Source of the DNA: Priapulus caudatus
Lineage: Eukaryota
Length of the DNA: 64,000 bases
NCBI RefSeq assembly: GCF_000485595.1
Contig: NW_014577076.1
Coordinates: 806,727 to 870,726, forward strand
Direction: 5' to 3'
Shown: positions 1-12,723 of the stretch, piece after piece
How positions within the stretch are numbered: the first letter of the stretch is position 1
Layout of the letters: each line of letters opens with the position of its first letter
Notes under the pieces: model-generated
Seen by the model: only the letters and a program-made list of their open reading frames with translations
Told to the model about the DNA's origin: nothing
The model's database searches: none
Made by a program: the position numbers and the translations under genes

Positions 1-1044
1 TTGGGGTCTGACTAGCTCTACGTTCGTACAGCGGTGCGGTGGCGCTAGTGTTTGTGCAGTCCACCCCTTCGGTGATCTAACAGAAACTCCTGGCCAACAT
101 AAAACTTCTGGAGATAGCAAGTAAAGGGCAGAAATACCAAAAATAGATGTATTCTTTTCTTTCAATTTTTTATTAATACTGTATGAAAAAGTATCATGTT
201 AGAATTTTTATTGAATAAAGTAACTAAAGTGATAATCTGTTTGCATTCGTTGTTTTTGCAATACGGTTTAAATTTCATAAAAAAAACTTGCACTTTTTTT
301 TGAAACACTAATATATGGTAACCTATGACCACGTGCGCAATGTCCTCCTGTTTGGAAATTTGGAAATGGCCACCCTAGTTTCCACACACACGGCACGGCA
401 CTGCACGGCAAAACGCCGCGCCGTTGTGCTGAAAAAAGTGCATTCATTGAGATTTAGCGCATTGTGTCTGAGCGCATTGTGTTCACTCTGGTTCAGTGCA
501 CTGAATTTGATCAGAAATTATACATGTGCTTGTTGTCTATTGGCTGATAGTGGCGTGACCAGAACACGTGATAAAAAACAATTGCGTTGATTGGTTCAAT
601 TGTCTTTCGCCGTACACAGCATCCGGCAAAAGTCAAACTCATTTGACTTTCCCCGTTGCCGTGAAACCGGGCCGGCTCCGTGCCGTGTCAGTGGAGAGTG
701 GAGACTGTGCCATAAGATATTTATAGATTTGAATTTTGCCAGAACGGGTGTGTCAGTCCTTGGTTGTATCGATACAATTTCTGTGTAGCAGTGAGCTGTT
801 TCCAAATTAATTTCATTCTTTGTGAACGTTATGTATGTTCTAATATACATCTGAGCAGTCACTTGTCTTCTAATGCGTACTCTAACCACATTGCTAATTT
901 GACTCTAACATGTCATCTTCTGTCTACTTCACATACAGATACAGACTATGCTACGTTATAAAAATAGCTTGTTAATGTCATCTGTATCTAGCTAACTGGC
1001 TTGCAAGGTGATCGCATTCAGATGTATACCAGCAGCTCGTTCTG

Positions 1045-1368
1045 TCTTCTCTTCCTCTGGCCTCTCTCCTCTTTCCCTCTATACCCTCCTACTTCTTCCT
1101 CTCTCTTTCTCTCTCGTCTCTCTAGGCCTCTCTCTTCTCAATCTATCCGCCCTCTCTCTCTCTCTCTCTCTTCTCGTCTCTCTCTCTCTCCTCTCTCTCT
1201 TCTTCTCTACTCTCTCTCCTCTCTCTGCTCTCTCTCTCTCTCTATCTCTCTCTTTTCTCCTCTCTCTCTCTCTCTTTCTCGCTCTCTCTTTCTCTCTCTC
1301 TCTCTCTCTTTCTATCTCTATCTCTCTCTCTTTTTTTCTCTCTTTCTCTCTGACTCCCTCTCTCTCCC
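1045..1368. repeat. (CT)n-rich microsatellite
   Basis: Direct inspection. Confidence 0.9.
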
Positions 1369-1456
1369 GCCTGCTACTGGGCTGCAGGGAGAATGGTCAT
1401 GCAGATGTGCAGCAACAGCTCATGGGTTCTCTCTTGTTCTCACGCTCCTCGTCTAG

Positions 1457-1606
1457 GTTGCAGGCAGACTACACGTGGAGCTGTCACGTACCGCAGGCAC
1501 GCTCGGCTCTGACCGCATGGGCGACGCAGAGATCGATGAGATGGACATAAACAAGAACAATATCGACGATGACTCAAACATGCCGACCAGCCACATAACC
1601 GTCAAG
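1457..1606 (+). CDS. KIF13B: KIF13 exon (VAGRLHVELSR...HITVK)
   Basis: tctag acceptor, AAG|gtatag donor; KIF13 VAGRLHVE motif. Confidence 0.88.
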
Positions 1607-4600
1607 GTATAGCTGAATTACAGGGGCATGGCTGGGTACTGTAGGGTGCAGTTCCACTGGGTTAGCTTCGGGGGCTTTGTTGGGTGAACATGGGTGTCGC
1701 GATGTTAGTAAGTAACTGCCCATCTCGACTTTTGTTAGTCTTCTTGTAACTTTTGTTATGTAATCTTGAGAGGTGCTGAGATGTAACTGTGAAGGTGTCA
1801 CAGGAACAGTACAGGCAGTTACAGCTGATTGCATCGCACACGTTCACACGTGCTAAGCCATCCAGAACCTTACTAGCCCCTTTTATATATTACCCCTTGT
1901 CATGCAAAGTTATGGCATAATTTTTCTTGGTTGCTTGAAACCCAGCCAGCTAAGAAACCCTCTTGAAGGCCTTCCTCCTCCTTCCCTCCCCATCCACTCA
2001 AGATAAATGTGTATTATGTTTTTTTCTCGCTTCTCACTGTTAACTTTACAGAGGCTAATTAATCAAAATATTTTTACTAGAGAGTAGATGGGCAGATATA
2101 AGTTGATTTAGATGATTAGTTCTCATAGAGCATTAATTAATTTCTGATTGGCTTCCGGCAGCTTGTGATAAAGGAGGCGTCGGGACTGCCACCACATCTG
2201 TCCAACTTCGTATTCTGCCAGTACAATTTCTGGGGTGAGAGTGAGTCAGTGGTGGTGGCACCGGACATCAACCCTGATGGCCTGATACAGATAGAAACGC
2301 CAAAGAGAGGCGCCACATTCCATTTTAACCATGAGAAGGTGTGTATATCATCTTTGGCATAGTATATACTGGTATACGTCTATGTGACGACTTGTACAGT
2401 GTTCATAGGTCATTTTCGTTAATTTACATGACATTGCATTGCATTACGTCAATAGCACATAAACCAATTATTAAACAACATAACCGTTGATGTGCTCATG
2501 ATTACAATTACATAACATTAAATTGCATCACATTACATTACATTGCAGTGCATTGCATTGAATTTAACTAAAAAAAGCAGGTCCATTGTTACATCATTAT
2601 TTTAGTACCAGCTTGTTTCCGTTTATGTGCTGTATGGGTTTTCCCACCAACTTGTACGAAGCCAGCTAGCCATTTTGAGTAGCCGGCTGCCTAGTCTCTG
2701 TGCTACCCATGCAAGTGTGCGCTGTTCCTCGTGCGCCGTATATATCACCATGATGAGGACATATTTTCATTTTATTTGAATGAATACGCATGATAACAAG
2801 GTTGGGGAATATAAATATGTCTGAGAAAATTTCTCAACATTTTGTTGCAGTGCTGCTGGTAAAATAGGACAAATCGCCAAAAGCTTCTGTATTAAAACAT
2901 GATAGTTGGTTTTTTTTTGCAGCATATAGTGAATGAGAATATTTTAGTGCTTTTATATTGACGCATTTTCTCTATGTAATGGAATGGCTTTCATCTTGAT
3001 GCATAAGCGTTATTACATATTATAACATTATAAACCTAAAATGTTTGTTAAATTTACTGCATGTAATAAGATTTGGTGACAAAAATCTTGGTTAATGCAA
3101 AGCAGGTGTGCCCAAATACAAAAGTTTTATTACCCATTACACCTGCCATTATTTTCCATTATTTGCATAAAGGAGACCGCCCTTAAAAGGTTAAACAAGA
3201 CAGCCCTTAATTGCTACGCAGCCATTAACAGGAAATTAAATAATTTTCCCATTTAACCTCATCACAGGATAGGTTTTAACCAGCGGGTGCTCGTAAAGCA
3301 CCAGCCGTTCTTAAATTGCCTGTACAGCATGGCAACAGTATCCGCGGGAGGCACTATAGCCTCAAGTGTCTTTGTGAAATGTCTTAACGAATGAGTGTGG
3401 TTAATTGTTATTTCCGCTGAGGGATGCCCTGTTGCCTTTGTATTGCTGTGATTATAAGGTTCTGTGTCTGACTTATATCTGGCTTCGGTAAGCTTGTTGG
3501 TTCATCAACCTACATCAGTGTCAGGGGATGCTACACCACATCATTAATCACTGTCACGGGTCATCATACGGCAACACTGTCATCTGTATAGCTCACTTTA
3601 TAGGGACATCTGTGGGTCTCCCATCATGAGACATCGTGCAACGAGTCCACTGCCTTTAATGTGTAGATAGTTCATGTGGCGACACCTGTGATCGTACATA
3701 GTACTGTAAGGTTGTGCGCTGCAGGAGCTTTGTATGTGCGGTAGTGCATGTGGCGCCACCTGTAGTGATAATCGTGTATGATTGTGTGTTCTGTAGGAGC
3801 TGGTAGTGCAGGTCGCGGATGAGTTCCTTGAGCACTGCATGGAGGGAGCGCTGTCCGTCGAGGTGTGGGGTCATCGCAGCTCCGGCTTCGGCACATCCAT
3901 CCTCGGCTGGGAGATGGACAGCATCAATGCTAAGACACGCTCGCTGTCAGACAGGTATCTACATCGATATCACCAACAGCACACTGCAATGAAAGAATCA
4001 CCATCATTCTTATATGCTGTTGATTTCAGTTGTTAGTTTTGCCCCGTACTACTTCACGATTACTCCCTGCTTGTTCTACTTTACGTAAACCGAAATGTTC
4101 AAAAATATTGAAAACAGTACAGTTTTGGTGTTGTAACAACCTATTCTGCTATATTTGCACAGCAGACACAGCAATAGTTTATGCAATTTCTGAAGTCATC
4201 TAGATCTGTCTTTAGTGCCCTGTGACTGTACATGGTGACAGTGATTGTCACATCGTTACAGGTGGAGGGAAGTGAAGCGACGGTTCTTGTGTTTAGTGTC
4301 TTGTAAGCATACATAGTAACAGAGGTTAGCACATCATTACAGGTGGAGGGAGGTGTATCAGCAGTTATTGTGTCTAGTGTCTTGTGAGCGTGCATAGTAC
4401 CAGCCATTGGCACATTTTACAGGTGGAGGGAGGTGAAGCGACGCTTGGAGCTGTGGGTGGAGATCCATGAGCTGAATGAGCACGGCGAGTACGCACCCGT
4501 AGAGAACGTCGTCAAGCCGGAGATCTTCACCGGCGGCGTCTTCCAGCTTAGACAGGTGTGGCATAGAGAGACGTAGTATCGTTGATGGGTGGTAGAGGAG

Positions 4601-7600
4601 CGAGAGACACCTTCATTTCTGTGAATGCATGGAGTGAAGTGCCTTCACTGATAAGGCAGGGAGTGAGCTGAGCTTTATAAAAGTGAGGCAGGGAGAAAGC
4701 TGCGCATTGTGGAAGTATGGCAGGGAGTGGGTGTGCTTTATAAAGGTGCAGGTATGTAGGAAAAGAGCAACCCTATATTAAAGTGAAGCAGGGAGAGCTG
4801 ACTTTCATAAAATTAAGGCAGAGAGAGAGCTGTCCTTCATAAAAGTAAGGCACAGAGAGCTGCTCTTCATAGAAGTGAGGCAGAGAGAGTGAGAGTGCTC
4901 CACTGTATGTAGGTAATATTGGGGGGGAGCAACTTTTATACCTGCTGGGCCTAGTATTAAAGGGAGAGTTTACTCTAGGTTCTAGGGTTATTTTCAGCTA
5001 ATTTAGGTTATAATTACGCTACATAAAAAGTTTCATGGTTCAATCACCATTAGAAATATTATTAAAAAATGTTTTAAAACTAACGACTCAGTTTGATTAC
5101 AACGACGGTGGCGCCACTCAAAGCGCACGATCTGATAAGTTGCGCAAAACCACTTTCCAGCCAAGGGCTACAGACCGAGGGTGTTTCTTATTTATTAATT
5201 TAAAAGCAAAAGGATTGTAATATCTTATAAACGACATATATAGTTTCAGTTATAATATGGATAAATTTGCCCTAAAATGAATATCGTTCGGTTAAATAGC
5301 ATTTAGTTATAAATATAATTGCACTTTTATGATTAGCCCTCGGTCTGTAACCTGCAAAATAAATTGTCAAATACGCAACTTTTTCGGGGTGGCAGCACGG
5401 TCGCGGGTGTCATGGCGCCGTTCAAATTTCGTAGCGTTGATGTGTAAATAATTATAACAATTAAATTAGGTATCTGGTAACAAATACGTGTGGGTATAGA
5501 CGATTTGTTATACAGTAAGTACAGTTGTATGCAGTAAAATCCTAGAGGCTACTGTCCCCTTTAACGTTTGTCGGCACTGCACCATACGTGAACTAAACAT
5601 CAATTGGTCATTAGTCCTTCTTTAGTCACCATGGGAATTCACAGAGTGTGATTTAATGCTACATGTATGTAATAGCACAGCCGGTATTGGATTCTAACGT
5701 TTTTAACAAATCTCATCAATCAATCGGCGGCAGTGCATGACATCTGAAAGCACTCACTACGCAACACTGAGATATAGAAGTCTGGCGTCAATGCCCCCAT
5801 CGCCTAAATATAATGACGTAAAATGTGTATTTTCTGTTTTCAAACACATTCTAGTTCTTTGCTAGTGCTATACTACCCTTCTATTCTTTCTAAATCTGCC
5901 AACTGTGTGGCAGGATGAGTGCGTTATGCATGACAAATTAATCATACTATTTGACTTGCCTTGAAACATCAAACATTAACCAACACTCTTCCCCTATATC
6001 AATGGCATTTCTATGTGATAATAGCTAACCCGACTGACACTGACTGTGCCCTTCATAAAACGCAAGGTGCCAGATATGTCATGGGAAGGTCACACGAGGG
6101 TAGCAGGTGTGCATAGTGATGTACAGTGGATTCATTGGTAGGAAGGTGGTAGGATGTATGGTACCCATTTAAAGGTGTACCTGAACACCTCCAAGTGTGT
6201 GAGAGGCCGGAACTGCAATGTGGTGCTCATAGGAGCACGTATATTTAGCACGACCCATGACGTTAAGCGATCATTGAGTAGACCTATCAGTAAATGAAAT
6301 TGAGAGAGAAAGTTACCCTGCTATCAACTATTTACGTGTGCGAAGCATACCCATGCAGGCTAGTAGTATTTCATATATCAATTAATGCCTATAATACACC
6401 GAATTGGAAACCTACAGTTGTAGCGGTCTCAGTGTCTTCATATATAATTGTCCATCGACGGCCTCTCACACTCCAATCACGTAGCGTCCAACGTTAAATT
6501 ACATTGCCGTGTATCGTGCAATGCAACATACAACGCTACACAGTGGTCTCACAGTGGTCTACTGCCACACACAGTACTTTACAGAAACGAATCCTACGAT
6601 AAAACATTCGATATTAGCTCTTTCTATCAGGCGGACGTTTAGTGCTACGGGAGTTAAGATGTGAGTTTTTACTGTCGCATGCCTAATTGGTTGAAGAGCC
6701 ACGTGTGACCAGAATTTGTCCTGCTGCAGGGTCACTCGCGGCGTATCCTCGTGCGCGTGAAGGCAGTACCGAACTCCGGCACGCTGCCCCTCATCTGTGA
6801 CTGCATCAAGTCCATATCAATCGGCAGCGTGTGCGTGCGCTCAAAGCTGCAGAAGTCACTCGACTCCTATCAGGAGATCGACCTCGACCTACTGAAAAAC
6901 AAATGGTCAGAGGCGCTCGGCAGGAGGCGGGAATACCTGGACGAGCAGATACAGAAGATCATCAACAAACCAGGTAAGCCATAGTCCACGTCACACTGCT
7001 GACCCTGGGTCAGGCACTGCCACCGCCCACGCTACCTCACTGACCTGTCATCTCTAACCTTCGGTCAGGCACTGCCACCGCCCACACTGCCTCACTGACC
7101 TGTCATCTCTAACACTCGGGCAGGCACTGCCACCGTCCACGCCACACTGCTGACCCTGGGTCAGGCACTGCCACCATCCATGCTACCTCACTGACCTGTC
7201 ATCTCTGACCCTCGGTCAGGCAACGCCACCGTCCACGCCACATTGCTGACCATGGTTGTTAATTCAATTGCCAAAGGCACCGCTCATGTCAACATTGCAA
7301 TTTCTCCACGCAGACAAGAGCGATGCGGACATTGACAGAGAGCGCAGTCTCATCGATCAGTGGGTGTGCCTCACTGAGGAGCGTAATGCCGTGCTCGTGC
7401 CGACCGCAGGCAGCGGCATCCCCGGCGAGCCGGCTGACTGGAGCCCGCCCGCCGGCCTCGAGCAACACATTCCTGTCATCTTCCTCGACCTGAACGGTGA
7501 GCGGCAGCTGCGCATGTCGATTAGGAGGTTTAGCCGTGTGCGTGCATGCGTGCATGTATGTATTTAGGTGTGTGCATGCGTGCGTGTACGTGTGTAGGTG

Positions 7601-8012
7601 AGTGCGTGCGTGTACGTGTGTGTGTAGGTGCGTGCGTGCGTGCGTGTACGTGTGTAGGTGAGTGCGTGCGTATACGTGTGTAGGTGAGTGCGTGCGTGTA
7701 CGTGTGTGTGTAGGTGCGTGCGTGCGTGCGTGTACGTGTGTAGGTGAGTGCGTGCGTGTACGTGTGTAGGTGCGTGCGTGCGTGCGTGTACGTGTGTAGG
7801 TGAGTGGATGTGTGCGTGTACGTGTGTAGGTGCGTGCATGTGTGTGTGTGTACGTGTGTAGGTGCGTGCGTGTGTGTAAATGTGTAGGTGCGTGCGTACG
7901 TGTGTGTGTGTACGTGTGTAGGTGCGTGCGTGTGTGCATGCGTGCGTGTACGTGTGTAGGTGCGTGCGTGTGTGTACGTGTGTAGGTACGTGCGTGTGTG
8001 TACGTATGTAGG

Positions 8013-8052
<40 letters not shown>

Positions 8053-11000
8053 TGTACGTGTGTAGGTGCGTGCGTGCGTGAGTGGGTGTACGTGTGTACG
8101 TGCGTGCGTGCGTGCGTGTATGTGTGTAGCTGCGGGCGTGCGTGCGTGTACGTGTGTAGGTGCGGGCGGGCGTGAGTGGGTGTACGTGTGTAGGTGCGTG
8201 CGTGCGTGCGTGTACGTGTGTAGGTGCGGGCGGGCGTGCGTGGATGTAGTCTATAATTACCCATGTTGAGAAACGCGTGTGGAGATTCGCGGGGACAGCG
8301 TATGGTTTGTCTTTTGTAGGCTAAGCTCTTGCACCGTATCACCATGCAATGTAGAATATAGTTTATAAACAGCCACATAAGCTAATAAGGTGACCGTCTT
8401 AGATCATTGCATTGAATATTCCTTTATCGGTATTTTTGTGCAGCTGATGATATGAGCACGAGTAACGTGGATGGTCTGCAGGGAGCTGGCATCAATTCCA
8501 TCCTGCCTAAGGAACATGGAACAAAGTTCTACAGCCTGCCCATTGTCAAATTCTCTGAACACGAAGTACGTGCTTGCGAGATGCAGTACATGCGAGACGC
8601 AGCTTTAGCAATTCTGTAGTAGAGTATCGTGTAATATTCGAGGTTGAAGCCATAGTATGGTGGCCGAGATGGCTACAGATATTTTTATTATTTATTTTTA
8701 ATTTATTTTCATTCCAAATTCATTTTCATTTCAAATTCATTTTCATTCCAAATTCATTTTCATTTCAAATTCATTTTCATTTCAAATTCATTTTCATTTC
8801 AAATTCATTTTCATTTTTATTTCAAATTCATTTTTATTCCAAATTCATTTTCATTCCAAATTCATTTGCGAGAAATCGCGGTGGCCGAGATGGCTACGGA
8901 TATTGGTAGGGGCGGAGTGACGTCACTTCCCCTTAGTGGGACTCGACAAACCTTCAAAACAAGAGAACAAACGCCAGTTGTTTTGGTTTATGATAGGTAG
9001 ATAAGTAGGTTTTTCTGATGTATATTTCATGAAAAACACATTTTACTCATTAATATAACATATAATATCACTATAATTGCAATTCTTTGTGTGAATGTGT
9101 TATTTTCATCTCCATCTTAAAGTTATGAGAGGGTCTCGGCTCTCATAATACGACATACGTACGTACGTACGTACTGCCTACTGCCATACTGGTACTATAG
9201 CCCTTTGCTCCGTCGCAGGATAATGGTATGCTATTTCTGAATTGTTAGATGGCGGTACGTAGTCCATAAAACGTCTTGAACTGACCGTTAGACTGGTTCG
9301 CGGCCCCACTGCTCTCGTGCGGTCGTGCCGTCTAGCATAGCGAGCTTCTGAGTGGTGCTGGCGGTGGGGACCAGTCTAGAGCTCACGTGTGATGTGGTTA
9401 TCGCGTCCTCGTGTTGCTAACAGCAAGCAAACGCCGCATAGGCACACGGCGCGCACACACGCACACGCGCGCACGCACGCACACGCATATGCACACGGCG
9501 CGCGCACACGCAAAGGCGCACGCACACACACACGCTCCTGCGACGGAGCGAAGGGCTATAGTACCAGTATGGCAGTAGGCAGTACGTACGTACGTACGTA
9601 TGTCGTATTACGAGAGCCGAGACCCTCTCATAACTTTAAGATGAAGATGAAAATAACACATTTACACAAAGAATTGCAATTATAGTGATATTATGTGTTA
9701 TATTAATGAGTAAAATGTGTGTTTTTTATGGAATATACATCAGAAAAACTTATTTATCTACCGATCATAAACCAAAACAACACATTTACAAACGGCGTTT
9801 GTTCTCTTGTTTTGAAGGTTTGCGAGTCCCACGAAGGGGAAGTGACGTCACTCCGCCCCCACCAATATCCGTAGCTATCTCGGCCACCGCGATTTCTCGC
9901 AAATGAATTTGGAATGAAAATGAATTTGAAATGAAAATGAATTTGAAATGAAAATGAATTTGAAATGAAAATGAATTTGAAATGAAAATGAAAATGAATT
10001 TGAAATGAAAATGAAAATGAATTTGAAATGAAAATGAATTTGAAATGAAAATGAATTTGAAATGAAAATGAATTCGGAATGAAAATGAATTAAAAATAAA
10101 TAATACAAATATCCGTAGCCATCTCGGCCACCATACTATGGTGATGAACATTGATTGCTCATTCTGTCTTGGTTCCAACTCATGTTTGGATGTGAGAACA
10201 GTCACTGTTCGTTTGCTCCCTCTGTTTTGATTGATTGTTTCTAACCATATCCAGATTCGGTTGTTTCGTTTAGGAAGGTTTCTGTCCACCTTCTCATATA
10301 AAGTTTTGGCTACTACATGACAATCTCTGGTAGGGTTGCTTCATGCCATCTGAGTATTTCTTCCCTTCATGTAATCATGAAAGATTTGCTGATCCATGCC
10401 ATATAACTGCTTGTTTTGAAAGTATGCAATTGGTAAAAATATTAGACGTGTGATTTGTGTTGCATATTCTGCTTACAGGTTTGTTCCCTGTGTTCGTGGG
10501 ACTCCTCCATCCATGACTCTCCATACTTGAACCGAGTGACACCACCGAACGAGAGGATTTACCTTATCCTGAAGGCAACTGTGCAACTGTCACATCCAGG
10601 TGATGTCCACATTCATTACCCCATATTATATTTATTAAAGTAGATGAGTTTGTCCCTGTCTCTTTCCCTCTATTTATTACCTTCCTTCCCTCACTTTTTC
10701 TTGCATTCTCGCTTTTCTCTTTCCCGCTCTTCATTTCTCTCATTCTCCTTCTACCTCCTCCCTCCCTCCCTCCTTCCCTCCCTCCCAATCTCTCTTCTTT
10801 CTCTTACTCCCACTCATCCTCCCTTGTTCATCCTTCCTCTCTCCTTCTGTTCCCGCAATGACTAAACTGCATATGGAAATGTCACGTTATTTCTATCTGC
10901 TGCTGTCACTGTAGGTGTCATGGAGCTGGTCTTACGCAAACGTATTTGCATCAACGTCTACAAGAGACAAAGTTTCACGGAAAAGCTTTTCAAGAAGATC

Positions 11001-12667
11001 GGCATGCAGTGGGACACTCTGCATGCATGCGGTGTACAGTACGAGATCGTGTCAAACATTCCAAAGGTATGTGCATTTCATAATACCATACTCTATGTCG
11101 TATGTTTTTATGACATCGAGATTAGAAAATAAAGAACACAATATTTCTTTAGCGTCTTTTGCACCATGCACTGTTTACAAACACTTGTTCATTATGTAGG
11201 TATTAATGGGGAAAACATTAAAGCATATCATCAGCATCGTTATATATAAAAGCATTTTAAGCTAGTGAATACTAGCATTTACTAATATTGTTTTTTATGC
11301 AATTAATCAGTTACAATATTGTTGCTTGTGAGTGGATCCATACTCCAAGCTATAGGTCAATAACCGTATATATAATCGTCTTCTATAACTTTAATAAATT
11401 AAAAGATTACTATCCAGCTAGACTATCTAGACCTGCTTTCATTTGACTATCGAAATGAGACAAACTGAGCATTAATAATATATGCGCAGTGAAATCAATA
11501 ACAACGATTGCTTCTCCAACTAAACCAAAACTAAAATCAAAATTGTCATTATACTTTGTGTGTTATTCAAGTAGACTTATGTGTGCAGCGATAGATTAGA
11601 TTAACATTGCCACTGATGTCTGCAGGCTTCAGAAGATCCAGAGGACCGGGAGTCACTTGCGCTGATGGCAGCAGCATCCGGTGCCAGTGGGGACCAGGAA
11701 GAGGGGCAGTCGTACATCGAGCGCTATATCCATGGCGTGTCAGCAGTGGAGAGCATACTCGCGCTGGACAGGCTTAGACAGGTGCTGTCATTGTGTCGCC
11801 CTAGTGCGCAGAAATATACCTGTCCGTCATTAGCAAAATTACAATTTCGTTCTTGGTTAGATATTTTCTCGTTGAATATTGTTTCATTAAAATTGAACAA
11901 AAATTAATGATATCCATGGAATGTCGCAGAAAATTATTTGACATGAAAAATATCTATGCCAACAATATTTTTTCAGAATAAATATTTCAAAGAAAAAATG
12001 GTATTTATGAAGAAGTGTGCATAATAGTTGGTACTGGAGTGTACGTTTTTCATTAAGTTGTTGTGACTCTGACTTGGTAGTTGACTTTTCACAGGAGGTT
12101 GCAGTAAAGGAAATGTTAGCAGTCACAGGCAAACCCATCAGGAAAACGGCCAGTGTGCCTAATATTTCCAACGTGAGTTTCCCTCGTCCACTGTGTCGTC
12201 TCGGCCAGTCTTCCATTCACTTGTTGCCATGTTGAGATTTACCAGTTATCATACTGTTACTTTCACCTTCCTGTTATCCTTCGTCCGAAGTGAGTTGCAA
12301 AATTTCTCTTCAACCAGTTGTAGCTTGAAATTACCCTCCGTGTTATTGCTGGTTATCGTCATACATGTGTGCATGTTCCCTCGATCATAGGCTCAGTATC
12401 CCTGGCATTTGCGGTGGATTTTTAATTGTACGTCGTTATTAACACACTGGTGCACTGCTTGACTCTGACCCTCGCTGCTACCCTTGCTGGCTGTCATGCG
12501 GTGCACATTTATGAGATGATTACTGCATTTTGTTATCATATTTACATTAATCTACGATAATTTGCATGCAGCACATGTAGGTTACAGCAGATAACAAATA
12601 ACAGCACGTATTATAGTCTAGCATGAATATAACATGTATATTGAATTCGATACATACATGCATATAC

Positions 12668-12723
<56 letters not shown>

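Noticed and set aside
313..712. hAT-Blackjack-like end (TGGCCACCCTA at 367-377) next to a Harbinger-like MITE remnant
   Set aside because: Partner terminus and TSD are outside the window or too degenerate to define boundaries.
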